Below are positions 26,332 to 39,392 of a stretch of DNA of 64,000 nt, one piece after another (positions within the stretch are counted from its first letter, which is position 1; each line of letters starts with the position of its first letter). Made by a program: the position numbers and the translations under genes. The stretch spans positions 7,440,001-7,504,000 of the forward strand of contig NC_043010.1 of assembly GCF_006345805.1 (NCBI RefSeq). Direction: 5' to 3'. This stretch comes from Octopus sinensis (Eukaryota). Under the pieces are notes generated by a model, which worked only from the letters and a program-made list of their open reading frames with translations, searched no databases and was not told the DNA's origin.

Positions 26332-26593
26332 ACTGTATATAATAAGTTCATTATTATTATTATTTTCATTAAATTCACATAAATTTTAGTCCATGAAATA
26401 TGTTGGACAACCAACCATTACACGTGCAACTGAGTACAGCTTGGTAGTATGTGCCATGCTTCCACTGAGAGTTTTAGGTGCTTATGAAGTTGTGAGTGGA
26501 CATAGGCACCCTGCAGGCCCTTTCACCTTTAATCCAGTACAATAAGCAAAGTGTAGCAGGTGGAGGGAGAGAAGACTACACAAGCCCTTAGTT

Positions 26594-26824
26594 CAGTGCT
26601 TCTCAACTGGGCCCCATGTGATCCTTGCAGGTCCACATAAGATTTTGTTGTTAAAATTTATGTGCAATGAATTAGCTACACTATTACAATACACAAAATA
26701 TTTTTACAAACTTTTTTTATACAATTTCTAATGATTTTTTTAAAACATTGAATGGCTCGGAGGGTGCAGCAGAATAAAATAGGAATCAATGAGGTCCATA
26801 GGCAAAAATGGTTGAGAAACCTTG
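26594..26824 (+). mobile_element. hAT-like MITE
   Basis: CAGTGCTTCTCAAC...GGTTGAGAAACCTTG. Confidence 0.65.
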
Positions 26825-26838
26825 GTTTAGCTGGGACT

Positions 26839-27299
26839 TGTAACAAGATGAGAGTTTCAGGAACACTTGAGGGGTGTCTGGTCTTATTTTGTCACATACA
26901 AGTTGAAGAAAAGGAACCAAAAATCTGGCTGTGTTCAATAACAAAAAATAGTAGTTTATTCTTCGGGTTCACAGGTAAAATATATACATATATATTTCTT
27001 ATGGGCGAACTGGCAGCCAAGTCCACAGGACTGTTTACAAATGTTCACTCGGGTGAGCCGAGAAGATACGGTGTTCATTCCCACTTCGAAGAGAGAGCTT
27101 CTCTGTGCATGGGGCTTTCCCTGAGAGAAGTCTTAGCCATGTCCGCTCATTAGGGCTGCTCTTCCAAAAAGATCAATTTAGTGGTTACGCTTTCAGGTTG
27201 CAGTTCCTGCGCATGCACACGAGGGAACTTCCGGCAGCCTACCGGAAGTAATCCAATTCTGCGCATGCGCACCGAAACTTCCACAGTAGTGTCACTACA
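26839..27299 (-). mobile_element. Solo LTR (probably Gypsy-like)
   Basis: 461 bp bounded by TGTA...TACA; 4-bp TSD GACT (26835-26838, 27300-27303); AATAAA on the minus strand at 26960-26955; CpG-richer than the flanks. Confidence 0.8.
27208..27271. promoter_or_regulatory. NRF1-like and ETS-like motif cluster inside the solo LTR
   Basis: TGCGCATGCGCA 27260-27271, TGCGCATGCACA 27208-27219, ACTTCCGG 27227-27234, CCGGAAGT 27242-27249. Function not shown. Confidence 0.5.
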
Positions 27300-27789
27300 G
27301 ACTCATCACAGCCAAGTAGATAAGAGAAATGTGAAATGATGATGATGATGATGATGCAGTTTAGTATGTCTTTTAGTGGTTGATGATATGAGTATCTCTG
27401 ATCACAAGCAGAAGCAGTGGGGGAACATCATAGCTATGTGTTAAGGGCTGTTCTTTAAGGTTTGAATAATTCACCCCTGGAAACATGGGTGTTTCATTCA
27501 ACATCCTAAAACAACCCTTATTCGAAGATCTTTTGAGTGGGTTGGGCTACTTGACCTGAAGAAATTTCTAACTGGGCCCCACCTGCAAGTTTATGTGCTG
27601 TGCATCTTGATATGAGATCATGTCACGCACATATGGTTGGGATACATGTGTCTGGTGTACCCTTATCAGTCAGGTAGTCGTGATGAGTATACTGGGTTTC
27701 GTATATTTGTAACCCAGTGTCATTTTGATGGCATGCATTGCTCTCTCACTCAATAATAATATAATAATAAGATAATAATATATAATAAG

Positions 27790-28400
27790 AATAAGAAGAG
27801 AAGAAGACGAAGAAAAAACGAAGAAGAGAGAAGAAGGAGGAGGAGGAGAGGAGGAAAGAAAAAAAGAAGAAGAAGAAGAAGAGAGGAGGAGGAGGAAAGA
27901 AGAAGAAGAAGAAGAAGAAAAGGAGGAGGAGGAGGAGGAGAGAGAGGAGAAGAAAAAGAGAAGAAGAAGAAGAAGAAGAAGAAGAAGAAGAGGAGATAAG
28001 GGGAGGAGGAGAGAGAAGAAAAGAAGAAGAAGAAGAGAGAGAGAAAGAAGAAGGAGGAGGAAGAGAAGAAGAAGAAGAAAAGAGAGAAGAAGAAAAGAAC
28101 GGAGAGAGGAGAAGAGAAGAAGGAGGAGGAAGAGAAGAAGAAGAAGAAGAAGAAAAGAAGAAGAAGGAGGAGGAAGAGAAGAAGAAGAAGAACTAGAAGA
28201 AGAAGAAGAAGAAGAAGAAGATGAAGAAGAAGAAGAAGAAGAAGAAAAAGAAGAAGAAGAAGAAGAAGACAAAGAAAAGAAGAAGGAGGAGGAGGAGGAG
28301 AAGAAAAAGAAGAAGGAGAAAAAGAAGAAGAAGAAGAGGAGAAGAAGAAGGAGTGGAAGAAGAAGAAGAAGAAGAAGAAGAAGAAGAAGAAGAAGAAGAA
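27790..28400. repeat. (AAG/AGG)n polypurine tract, about 610 bp
   Basis: Direct reading; nearly pure purine on the + strand. Confidence 0.97.
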
Positions 28401-29328
28401 TGTAAGTCGATAACAACACTGTTAAATACCAAAGACTCCATTTTCAAATTTGACTTCTAACATGTTATAAACTAATACATTATTTATTTAAGTTATAGAA
28501 TTCTGTTTATGCTTTTACAGTTTTGTTTGACAAAATTTACTTTAAAGTTTAAGAAATATTACACATTGGGGTTAAATAAAATGAAAACTATTCCAATATA
28601 AAATACACAAAAAATGTAATTAATACGGCAGTAAGTGCAGAATGGTTGTCATCAAATTAATTTCAAGATACACGTACTTGATTATAATAAAATATAATAA
28701 CAAACTCGTTGCATAACAGTTATATAAGCTTATTCCTTGAATTGTAAATTCGATTTGAATGATTCCAGATATAGTGTTACTTTATATGAAAGACTCTTTG
28801 CTTAATGTTGCATGAGTAATTTTTAATCTTAAACAGTTTATGATGAACTCAGTGTAGAGCAGATTTTATGTAAATTACACCAGTATGGCTTAAGCTCGTG
28901 ATCGTAAGGTTGTGAGCTAGATACCTAGTGTTACATTGCATCCTTGAGCGAGACACTTTACTTCACATTGCTCCCGTTCATTCACCTGGCCAAGGTGGTG
29001 AGCTGGCAGACACGTTAGCGCACTGGGTGAAATGCTTAGCGGTATTTCTCTGTCGTTACGGTCTGAGTTCAAATTCCGCCGAGGTCGACCTTGCCAGTCA
29101 TCTTTTTGGGGTCGGTAAATAAAGTACCAGTTTCACACTGAGGTCGATGTAATCAACTTAATGTCTGTGGAAGGTTCAATCAATTGCACAACCAACGGAG
29201 AGCCAGGCCGAGTAGTAAGGTTTATTTGACTGAATCTTTTGTGTAACAAAATTTATATGTATGACTCTGTATAGTAAATTTTATGTATGACAACATATAC
29301 TGTAACTTTTACTAAACTAATCTATGGA

Positions 29329-29731
29329 TACTCTTTTACTCTTTTACTTGTTTCAGTCATTTGATTGTGGCCATGCTGGAGCACCGCCTTTAGTCAAGCA
29401 AATCGACCCAAGGACTTATTCTTTGTAAGCTTAGTATTTATTCTATCAGTCTTTTTTACTGAACCGCTAAGTTACGGGGACGTAAACACACCAGCATCGG
29501 TTGTCAAGCAATGTTGAGGGGGACAAACATGGACACACAAACATATACACACACATATACATATATATGATGGGCTTCTTTCAGTTTCCGTCTACCAAAT
29601 CCACTCACAAAGCTTTGGTCGGCCCGAGGCTATAGTAGAAGACATTTGCCCAAGGTGCCATGCAGTGGGAATGAACCCAGAACTATATGGTTGGTAAGCA
29701 AGCTACTTACCACACATCCACTCCTGCGCCT
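29329..29731 (-). mobile_element. SINE family A
   Basis: Full-length homologous copy. Confidence 0.9.
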
Positions 29732-30028
29732 ATAGGGTATATTTATAGAATGAATGAGGGTTAGTCCACATTACTCTCTCAGGAGCGTAGGGGCAATTTT
29801 CTGGTTTCTCTGGGAGTACATATTCCTCTCTGGATGGGGTGCCAGTTTGTAACAGGATTACACATTTTTATTCGCTGAGTGGACTTGAACAATGTGAAAT
29901 GAAGTATCTTGCTCAAGAAACCAACAAATTATCCAATCCAAGAATCAAAACCACAATCCTATGATCATGAGTCCAACACCCTAACCATTAAGTCAAGCAC
30001 CTTTCACATGCTTATAGAACATTACACC

Positions 30029-30257
30029 TTAACCCTTTCATTGCTGTATTTATTTTGAGATGTTCTGTATTTCTTTCAATTACTTTAAATATAACAAAGA
30101 ATTTAGTAAAATAACTTAGGTATCATTAAGCTTGTATCAGGAACATAAATTGTGAATAAGGTTTGGTGGAAGATTTTAATTGAAACCTTAAGAAAACAAG
30201 ACATTTGTACAACAGAGCCAGAGCCGGTTTCAGCCGGGTTGGTAACAAAAGGGTTAA
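30029..30257 (+). mobile_element. piggyBac-like MITE, monomer of the same family
   Basis: TTAA-CCCTTT...AAAGGG-TTAA; collinear with 41960-42188. Confidence 0.85.
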
Positions 30258-32179
30258 ATCGAACAACCTTTAATTGTGAGCATGTCCGGTAAGTCCATCG
30301 TCCTCAATTCACCACAGGGAAAGTTCACCCTCATCATTTTACTATTTTTTTTAGCAATGTGATAGTTTTTAACAATTAATTGTGAGATACTATGGATATA
30401 GTAGTTGTATACTGTCAACTTAATGTGACAGTCCCATGAAGGGAATGATATATCAAATTTACAATGCAAGGAATAAGTTTATATATATGGATATATTTTA
30501 ATTGTAAAGTTTCCTGGTGGTGAACATTCTTCATAGGGAATTGATGACAATGAACTTTTCCTGCTGTGAACAGATGGCAGTGAACTTACCTGTAATCAAT
30601 TGTGAGACTCATATTTGAGAAAAGGTAAATTCCATCAACAGTTGCAGATTTTGTAGTGTTTACAGAATAGTGTTCAATGAGATTTTGTGACTTAATATGT
30701 TGAGCAGTACATTATTTATAAAACACATTTTGTACAGTAAATTTTACTTTACTAATCTATGGATAATAAATTTTTTATGAGTATCTGTCTCTATATATAG
30801 TAATTTGTCTATGGTATAGAAAATTTCCGGTCAGTGACTCTTTGTGTTACAAATATTATATAAGGATTATTTTATTGTTCATTTAGCATCTGCTTATTTT
30901 TTTCATGTCAAAGAGAGGTTGGGCAAAAACATTACTGAAGGGATGCTTCAGCCGGATGCTCCTTTCAGCACTAACTTTAACCAATTTTTCAAGTAAGAGA
31001 TTCTGTCTTTGAAAGTGCTGAACTATAGAATGCTTTAGTGACAAGGTGTCATCAACATATTGTCACTACTTGTGCTCATGTGATTTCATACAAAAATGTC
31101 GCAGAATGTAAACATACACACAATTGCACACCCATATGCACAAATGACATCCATGTGCACACATGCACATATATATATATATATGCATATATAAATTGTG
31201 ATTGCTCTAGCTTCACAGATTATTACCATCTCATTGTTCTTTCTCATTGTCAATGGCATCTCTGACTTTCCATCTATGACCTCTCTAATGACTATTCAGC
31301 CCTGTTCCATACCTATATGGTTTGAAGCATAGGTGACAGATGAAAGTTAGAAATTCAAAAACCGTGTCTTATATTATGGAAGCAGGTAAAGGCAACAAAT
31401 TGGCAGAAATGGTAGCATGCCAGGCAAAATGCTTAGCAGCATTTCCTCTGTCATTATGTCCCAAGTTCAAATTCTGCCAAGGTCAATTTTGCATTTCATC
31501 CTTTTAGGGTTGATGAAATAAATTCCATTTGAGCACTGGGGTTGATGTAATCAACTATCCCACTTCAACAAAATTTCAGGCCTTGCACCTAAGTAAAAAG
31601 GGTATACTATGGAAGAGGATATGGTTGTTGGGTGAAGAAGTTGACTCAGGACTTCCAACTGCTCAGGTTTGTACATGTCAACTCCCTTCTATCACCATAG
31701 GACTTTCATTAGACGGGATCACAAATGATGTCACCATAAAGAAATATATTTGTACATCATTAAATTACAGTAATAAACTCTTATACAACATGAGTTCCTG
31801 TCTCTGAATCTCCGTGGTTATTACCTAGTAACAGGCCAAAGGTAGATGACCAGTAATCATGTGAAACTGTAGGTATTACATCAGAGTGTCCCTCTCCAAG
31901 AAGGATGCTGTGACAGCAACTAGGGGATCATCACTCTCGGTAATTTTATGGAACCGCCTGACACCAATCAAAGGTATTTCTTTATCCTCATGCTCAGATG
32001 GAATATCATCACATATGCTAGTTAACTTTGGACCTTGATAGGTGTTACTAGACCTGTCAGAATACACCTGGGAAAAATAAGGGTTAAGAGGTGGTCTCAC
32101 ACTCCCCAAAAACCTGGAACTCCTGTACTTGAGTTCCACTATTGGATGCAGTTTAAGGTCATACCCAGGACAATATATA

Positions 32180-32241
<62 letters not shown>

Positions 32242-32276
32242 CATACATACATACATATATACAGGCAGGCAGGCAG

Positions 32277-32320
<44 letters not shown>

Positions 32321-32489
32321 CTACAGAAGCAACATACTTTCTTACAGTTTCCATCTACCAAGTTTACTCACAAGGCATTGATTGGTTTGGGGCTACAGAA
32401 GAAGACACCTCAGCATGTCGTACAGTGAGATTGAACCTAAGACCAAGTGGTCACAGAGAAAACTATACAGCCACATTGTAAATTTCAAA

Positions 32490-32684
32490 TCTTTTATCTT
32501 TTATTTGTTTCAGTCATAAGACTGAGGTCATGCTGGGGCACTAGTCAAATGAGTCAACACCAGTACAGTTTTTTAAGCTTGGTAATTATTGTATTGATCT
32601 CTTTTGCTGAACGATTAAGTTGCAGAGGACATAAGCACACCAACACTGGTTATCAAGCAATGGTAGGTGATAGACACAGACACA

Positions 32685-32750
<66 letters not shown>

Positions 32751-33285
32751 CATGTATGTATGTATAAAGTCCGTCAGATATATATATATATATCAACATC
32801 AATGGAAATTGTAGCTGTGATACCAGTGCTGGTGGCACGTAAGCGAACCATCCGAACGTGGCCATTACCAGTGCTGCCCCAACGGGCCTCCGTGCCGGTG
32901 GCATGTAAAAAGCACCATCCGACCGTGGCCATTTGCCAGCCCCATCTGGCACCTGTGCCAGTGGCATGTAAAAAGCACCCACTACACTCACGGAGTGGTT
33001 GGCATTAGGAAGGGCATCCAGCTGTAGAAACATTGCCAGATCAGACTGGGCCTGGTGCAGCCTTCTGACTTCCCAGACCCCAGTTGAACCGTCCAACCCA
33101 TGCTAGCATGGAAAACGGACGCTAAATGATGATGATAATGATATACAACCGACTTCTTTCAGTTTCCATCTACCAAATCCACTCACAAGTCTTTGGCTGG
33201 CCTAACGTTATAGTGGTTGACATTTGTCCAAGGTGCCACACATAGCAACTGAACCCAGAACCATGTGGTTGGGAAGCAAGCTTGT
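32490..33285 (-). mobile_element. Older SINE family A split by a B element
   Basis: Tail about 32490-32690, B insertion 32794-33141, head about 33145-33285. Confidence 0.75.
32794..33141 (+). mobile_element. Element B with 5' leader CATCAATGGAAATTGTAGC
   Basis: Three modules plus core; sits in the central microsatellite of a SINE A. Confidence 0.85.
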
Positions 33286-33536
33286 TTAGCAGCAATTCAT
33301 CTGTCATTATGTTCCAAGTTCAAATTCTGCCAAGGTCAACTTTGCATTTTATCCTTTTAGGGTTGATGAAATAAATTCCAGTTGGGCACTGGGGTTCGAT
33401 GTAATCAACTAGCCCCACTTCAATGAAATTTCAAGCCTTGTACCTTAATTAAAATGGATATATTATGGAGGTGCATATGGTTGTTGGTTGAAGAAGTTGG
33501 CTCAGAACTTTGTTACTGATTAATTATTAACAAAGT

Positions 33537-33936
33537 AGGTGCAGGAGTGGCTGTGTGGTAAGTAGCTTGCTTACCAACCGCATAGTTCCGAGTTCAATCC
33601 CACTGCGTGGCACCTTGGGCAAGTGTCTTCTACTATAAGCCTTGGGCTGACCAAAGCCTTATGAGTGGATTTGGTAGACGGAAACTGAAAGAAGCCCGTT
33701 GTATATATGTATATATATATATGTGCGTGTGTGTTTGTGTGTCTGTGTTTGTCCCCCTAGCATTGCTTGACAACCGATGCTGGTGTGTTTATGTCCCTGT
33801 CACTTAACAGTTCGGCAAAAGAGACCGATAGAATAAGTACTGGGCTTACAAAGAATAAGTCCCGGGGTTGAGTTGCTCGATTAAAGGCTGTAGTCAAATG
33901 ACTGAAACAAGTAAAAGAGTAAAAGAGTAAAGAGTA
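33537..33936 (+). mobile_element. SINE family A
   Basis: Full-length homologous copy with (AAAGAGT)n tail. Confidence 0.9.
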
Positions 33937-35554
33937 TTGCCAGATTCCTTAGATCCAAAGTTTTACCCGAAGAACTTCACAAAGAGTCTTCCTTTTCACA
34001 GCTTTATAATCAGTCCAGCTCTTCGTACATGAAATTTAAGTTTTCCCAGTGTTCCCACTCCATTTATCAGAAAGAAATGTGAAGTCATTTAATACTTCAG
34101 CATTCGAACTGGTCATAACCAGCCTAAATATTCAACTAGTTTTATGTTAAAACTGGCCATATTTGGCCTCTCACACCTTTCCTACAATGTCCTTCTGAAA
34201 CTAAGCAGTCACATCATGAAAATGTCTTGGCTACAAGATAATGCATGTTTAATTCAAGATGATGGGAATAAATAAACATTGCATTTGGGAGAGTATTCTG
34301 AGTGCTGAAGGGTTAAAGTTTAGAACCAACTGCTTTCAAATCTTGCACCAAGTGTTTTGAATAAGTAAATTCAAAACCTTACACTCTATTGACAAAGTCA
34401 TTGTCTTATTTTATTTACAAAGCCACAATGCAGTAAAATATACAAATACAATGCAGATATACAAAAAAAAAAAAAAATTCAATTCTCAATTCTTATTCAA
34501 ATTGGATAGATATGCAATCAGATTTAAACAAATAATGGACATAGAAATAAAGAAATTTGTTATTTTTATCCTGATTAAAGACGACTCTGACTTTGTGGTA
34601 TGTCTATTCCTAACAGTTAATTATGATACAATGTTTCATATGAAGAAAAATACCCAAAATATTAGCCAGTAACAAAATCAAATTATCGCTAAAAAAAACC
34701 CCTGACATTGTGATTATTAAGTTCACTTTTTATATATTTTCTTTTTATTTCATGATATTTTTTCCATCCATTTGTATTTTTCACTAATGTCTTTTAACCA
34801 GTAGTTCTTTGATGTCAAAGTAATTTCCTGTTCTTAATCCACCCCTAGTCCAATAACTATCAGTGTTTATGGTTTTATATAATAAAATTCAAACATTTTT
34901 ATTTTTATTTTTACTGTCAACAAATCTATAGATTTTATTGAATCTTATAGAACACCTGAGAACATTTTTATTGAGTCTTTTGTTCCAAACATTTTGTTTA
35001 ACAAAACCGCTAAACAATAATTAATCTTTAATCTTCAAAATATTTTCAATATTTAAAATAAGTTTTTTTATGTTTACCCTTTTAAGACTATCAAAGAATT
35101 ACCCAATAAAACCTTAAAAATGTTCTGTGTAGCTGTATCTAGTGAAAGCTATATTAAAAATATGGAATACATCTTGTTTTAAATGATTAAATATGTGAGT
35201 TTTCCAAAGATACCAGTTTTTGGTTGGTCCCTATAGAAACAGATATAATCTTAATTTATAAGTTAATTAGCTTTCATCTAAGTTTATTGAGTCATCAAAC
35301 TTTACAAGTAAAATTTTATTAGATTGCTTTCAAGTTGTTGGTGCTGTGTGGTTTAAGTTTGCTTCGTAACCACATGGATTTCTGTTCAATCCTACTTAGC
35401 GAGTTCTGTCTACTACAGCCCCCAAGCTAAACAACACTGCATGAGAGAATATGACAGATGTAAAATGTAGGAAACCTGTTATGTATGTATAAATATTATA
35501 TATTAAATATATAAATATATATATATATATATATATGAATATATATATATACAT

Positions 35555-37873
35555 ATCATCATCATCATCATCATTTAACGTCCGCTTTCCATGCTAGCAT
35601 GGGTTGGACGGTTCAACTGGGGTCTGGGGAGCCCGAAAGCTGCACCAGTCCAGTCAGATCTGGCAGTGTTTCTACAGCTGGATGCCCTTCCTAACGCCAA
35701 CCACTCCGAGAGTGTAGTGGGTGATTTTATGTGCCACCGACACAGGTGCCAGACGAGGCTGGCAAACGGCCACGCTCGGATGGTGTTTTTATGTGCCACC
35801 GACACAGGTGCCAGACGAGGCTGGCAGACGGCCACGCTCGGATGGTGGTTTTATGTGCCACCGACACAGGGGCCAGATGAGGCTGGCAAACGGCCACGAT
35901 CGGATGGTGCTTGTTACGTGCCCACAGCACGGAGGCCAGTCAATGCGGTACTGGCTACGGCCACGTTCGGATGGCTTATTGTGTGCCACGTGCCCGGCAC
36001 TGGTACCACAAAGATACAAATTCCATTGATGTTCATCTATTTTGATTTGTTTTGATTTGATTTTCACTTGCCTCAACAGGTCTTCACAAGTGTCACAAGA
36101 AGGAAGGTATGCACAGGTGGACTGACTACGTCCCAGGTAGGGGCCATGGGTTATGGCCTGACTAGTCTTGCGGGTCTTCGGATGGTGTTTTTATGTGCCC
36201 GACACAGGTGCTAGATGAGGCTGGCGAACAGCCACGATCGGATGGTGTTTGTCATGTGCCCACCGCACTGACTACAGCACTGATGGATTTCTTGTGTGCC
36301 ACAGGCACTGGTACCACAAGATAGATACAAATTCCATTGATGTCATCTATTTTGTCTATTTTGATTTGATTTGATTTGATTTGATTTGATTGATTTGATT
36401 GATTTTCACTTGCCTCAACCGGTCTTACAAGTGTCACAAGAAGGAAGGTATGCACAGGTGGACTGACAGTCTTGCCGGGTCTTTGGAAGGTGTTTTTTAT
36501 GTGCTACCGACACAGGTGCCAGATGAGGCTGGCGAACGGCCATGATCGGATGGTGTTTGTTACGTGCCCACAGCACGGAGGCTGGTCGAAGCGGAACTGG
36601 CTACGGCCACGTTCGGATGGTTCTCATGTGTGCCACTGGCACTGGTACCACAAAGATACAGATTCCATTGATGTTCATCTATTTTGATTTGTTTTGATTT
36701 TGATTTTGATTTTGATTTTCACTTGCCTCAACAGGTCTTCACAAGTGTCACAAGAAGGAAGGTATGCACAGGTGGACTGACTACATCCCAGGTAGGGGCC
36801 ATGGGTTATGGCCTGACTAGTCTTGTCGGGTCTTCGGATGGTGTTTTTATGTGCCACCAACACAGGTGCTAGATGAGGCTGGCGAACGGCCACGACGGGA
36901 TGGTGTTTGTTATGTGCCCACAGCACGATGGCCAGTGATGTGGTACTGACTACGGCCATGTTCGGATGGATTCTTGTGTGCCACCGGCACTGGTACCACA
37001 AAGATACAAATTCCATTGATTGTCATCTATTTTGATTTGTTTGATTTTGATTTTGATTTTGATTTTCACTTGCCTCAACAGGCCTTCACAAGTATCACAA
37101 GGAGGAAGGTATGCACAGGTGGGACTGATACGTCCCAGGTAGGGGCCATGGTTTATGGCCTGACTAGTCTTGCGGGTCTTCGGATGGTGTTTTTATGTGC
37201 CACCGACACAGGTGCTAGATGAGGCTGGTGAACGGCCACGACCGGATGGTGTTTGTTATGTGCCCACAGCACGATGGCCAGTGATGCCCTGGGGTACTGA
37301 CTACGGCCATGTTCGGATAGATTCTTGTGTGCCACCGGCACTGGTACCACAAGCGGTACTGACTACTTTTATGTGCCACCGACACAGGTGCTAGATGAGG
37401 CTGGCGAACGGCCACGACCGGATGGTGTTTGTTATGTGCCCACAGCACGATGGCCAGTGATGCTGGGTACTGACTACGGCCACGTCGGATGGATTCTTGT
37501 GTGCCACCGGCACTGGTACCCAAGCGGTAATGATACGGCCACGTTCGGATGTGGATTCTTGTGTGCCACCGGCACTGGTACCACAAAGATACAAATTCCA
37601 TTGATGTCATCTATTTTGATTTGTTTTGATTTTCACTTGCTTCAACAGGTCTTCACAAGTGTCACAAGAAGGAAGGTATGTACAGGTGGACTGACTACGT
37701 CCCAGGTAGGGCCCACGGGTTATGACCTGACTAGTCTTGCCGGGTCTTCGGATGTTTTTTTATGTGCCACTATGTTCCCACAGCACGGAGGCCAGTCGAT
37801 GCGGTACTGGCTACGGCCACGTCGGATGGTTTTCTTGTGTGCCACAGGCACTGGTACCACAAAGATACAAATT

Positions 37874-37876
<3 letters not shown>
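35555..37876 (-). repeat. Element B expanded into a 2.3-kb higher-order tandem array
   Basis: One 3' core plus about six 280-350-bp units; GGTACC anchors at 36002, 36310, 36644, 36992, 37343, 37515, 37577, 37853; each full unit holds B modules and a (TTTGA)n tract. Confidence 0.9.
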
Positions 37877-37911
<35 letters not shown>

Positions 37912-38101
37912 TATACATATATCTATTATATATACATATATACATATATATATGTATATATATATATATACGTATATATACATATATACATATAATATAT
38001 ACATATATATACATACATATATAATATATATGTATATACATATAATACGTATATATATGCATATTATATATACATATATATACATACATACATATATATA
38101 T

Positions 38102-38133
<32 letters not shown>

Positions 38134-38590
38134 TTCATAGGTATGTGTGGGTGTGGTGTGTATGTATATATATGCACACAGCTATATAATATATATATAT
38201 ATATAAATATATTGTGCATTGTTTCATAATGGAGTGGTCAACAAAAAGTATTCCATCTAGTGAGATATAAATATTATCTGATAAACACAATATATATTTT
38301 TTTTATGAGTTACTAATAGTTTTATGCAACTCAGACAGTGTTTTATAACATGTCTGGAGCCTACACGTAATCCTCAGGCACCAAATGTGTTATAAAATAC
38401 TGTCTCAGTCGTTTTCATCACATGAAAACTATTGTAGCTCAAAAATAATAGATTGTGTTTATTAGATAATATATTATATATTATATATATTATATTATAT
38501 ATATATATATTATATATAACATAATATAATATATATATATATATATTTGAGTAGTGATATGAATTACCTTATTAAGGACAATTCGAAAGA

Positions 38591-38809
38591 TAACCGATAC
38601 CTGGGTAGCAAATTCACATCTCAGAAAGAACATGGTGAAGCTAAGTCCCTAGGGCATAGACTACGTGTCTTCGTGCGGAAATTTGTATGTTTATTTTAAA
38701 ACTTATAAGTATATGAAAGAATGGAGTTGAACGATAGTTAACAATATCCTTTGTCAAGAATAAAGGATATTTGTTAACTAATTCTTTCATATACTTATAA
38801 TTTTAAAAT
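38591..38809. mobile_element. Second copy of the Penelope-like fragment, hairpin-ended, hammerhead core absent
   Basis: Shares TAACCGATACCTGGGTAGCAAATTCAC...GAAAGAATGGAGTTGAACGA with the 54.2-kb copy and folds back on itself at 38690-38809. Confidence 0.6.
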
Positions 38810-38885
38810 ATTATATATAACATATATATATATTTATTTATATTATATTATATATTAATTATATATATATATATATTATATATAT

Positions 38886-39392
38886 GGAGGCGCAATGGCC
38901 CAGTAGTTAGAGCAGCGGACTCGCACTCATAGGATCATGGTTTCGATTTCCAGACTGGACATTGTGAGTGTTTATTGAGTGAAAACACCTAAAGCTCCAC
39001 GAGGCTCTAGCAGGGGCTGGTGGTGAACCCTGCTGTACTCTTTCACCACAACTTTCTCTCACTCTTTCTTCCTGTTTCTGTTGTACCTGTAATTTCAAAG
39101 GGCCCGCCTTGTCACACTCTGTGTCATGCTGAATCTCCCTAAGAACTACGTTAAGGGTACATGTGTCTGTGGAGAGCTCAGCCACTTTCATGTTAATAAA
39201 TGAGCTGCGACGTCACTGGTGCCAAGCTGTATTGGCCCCCTTTGCCTTTCCCTTGGATAACATTGGTGGTGTGGAGAGGGGAGGCCAGTATGCATGGGCG
39301 ACTGCTGGTCTTCCATAAACAACCTTGCCCAGACTTGTGCCTCGAAGGGTAACTTTCTAGGTGCAATCTCGTGGTCATTCATGACCGAAGGT
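38886..39392 (+). mobile_element. SINE family E (about 500 bp, tRNA-like head)
   Basis: GGAGGCGCAATGGCCCAGTAGTTAG...GGTTTCGATTTCC head followed by a GC-richer body; single copy in the window. Confidence 0.6.
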
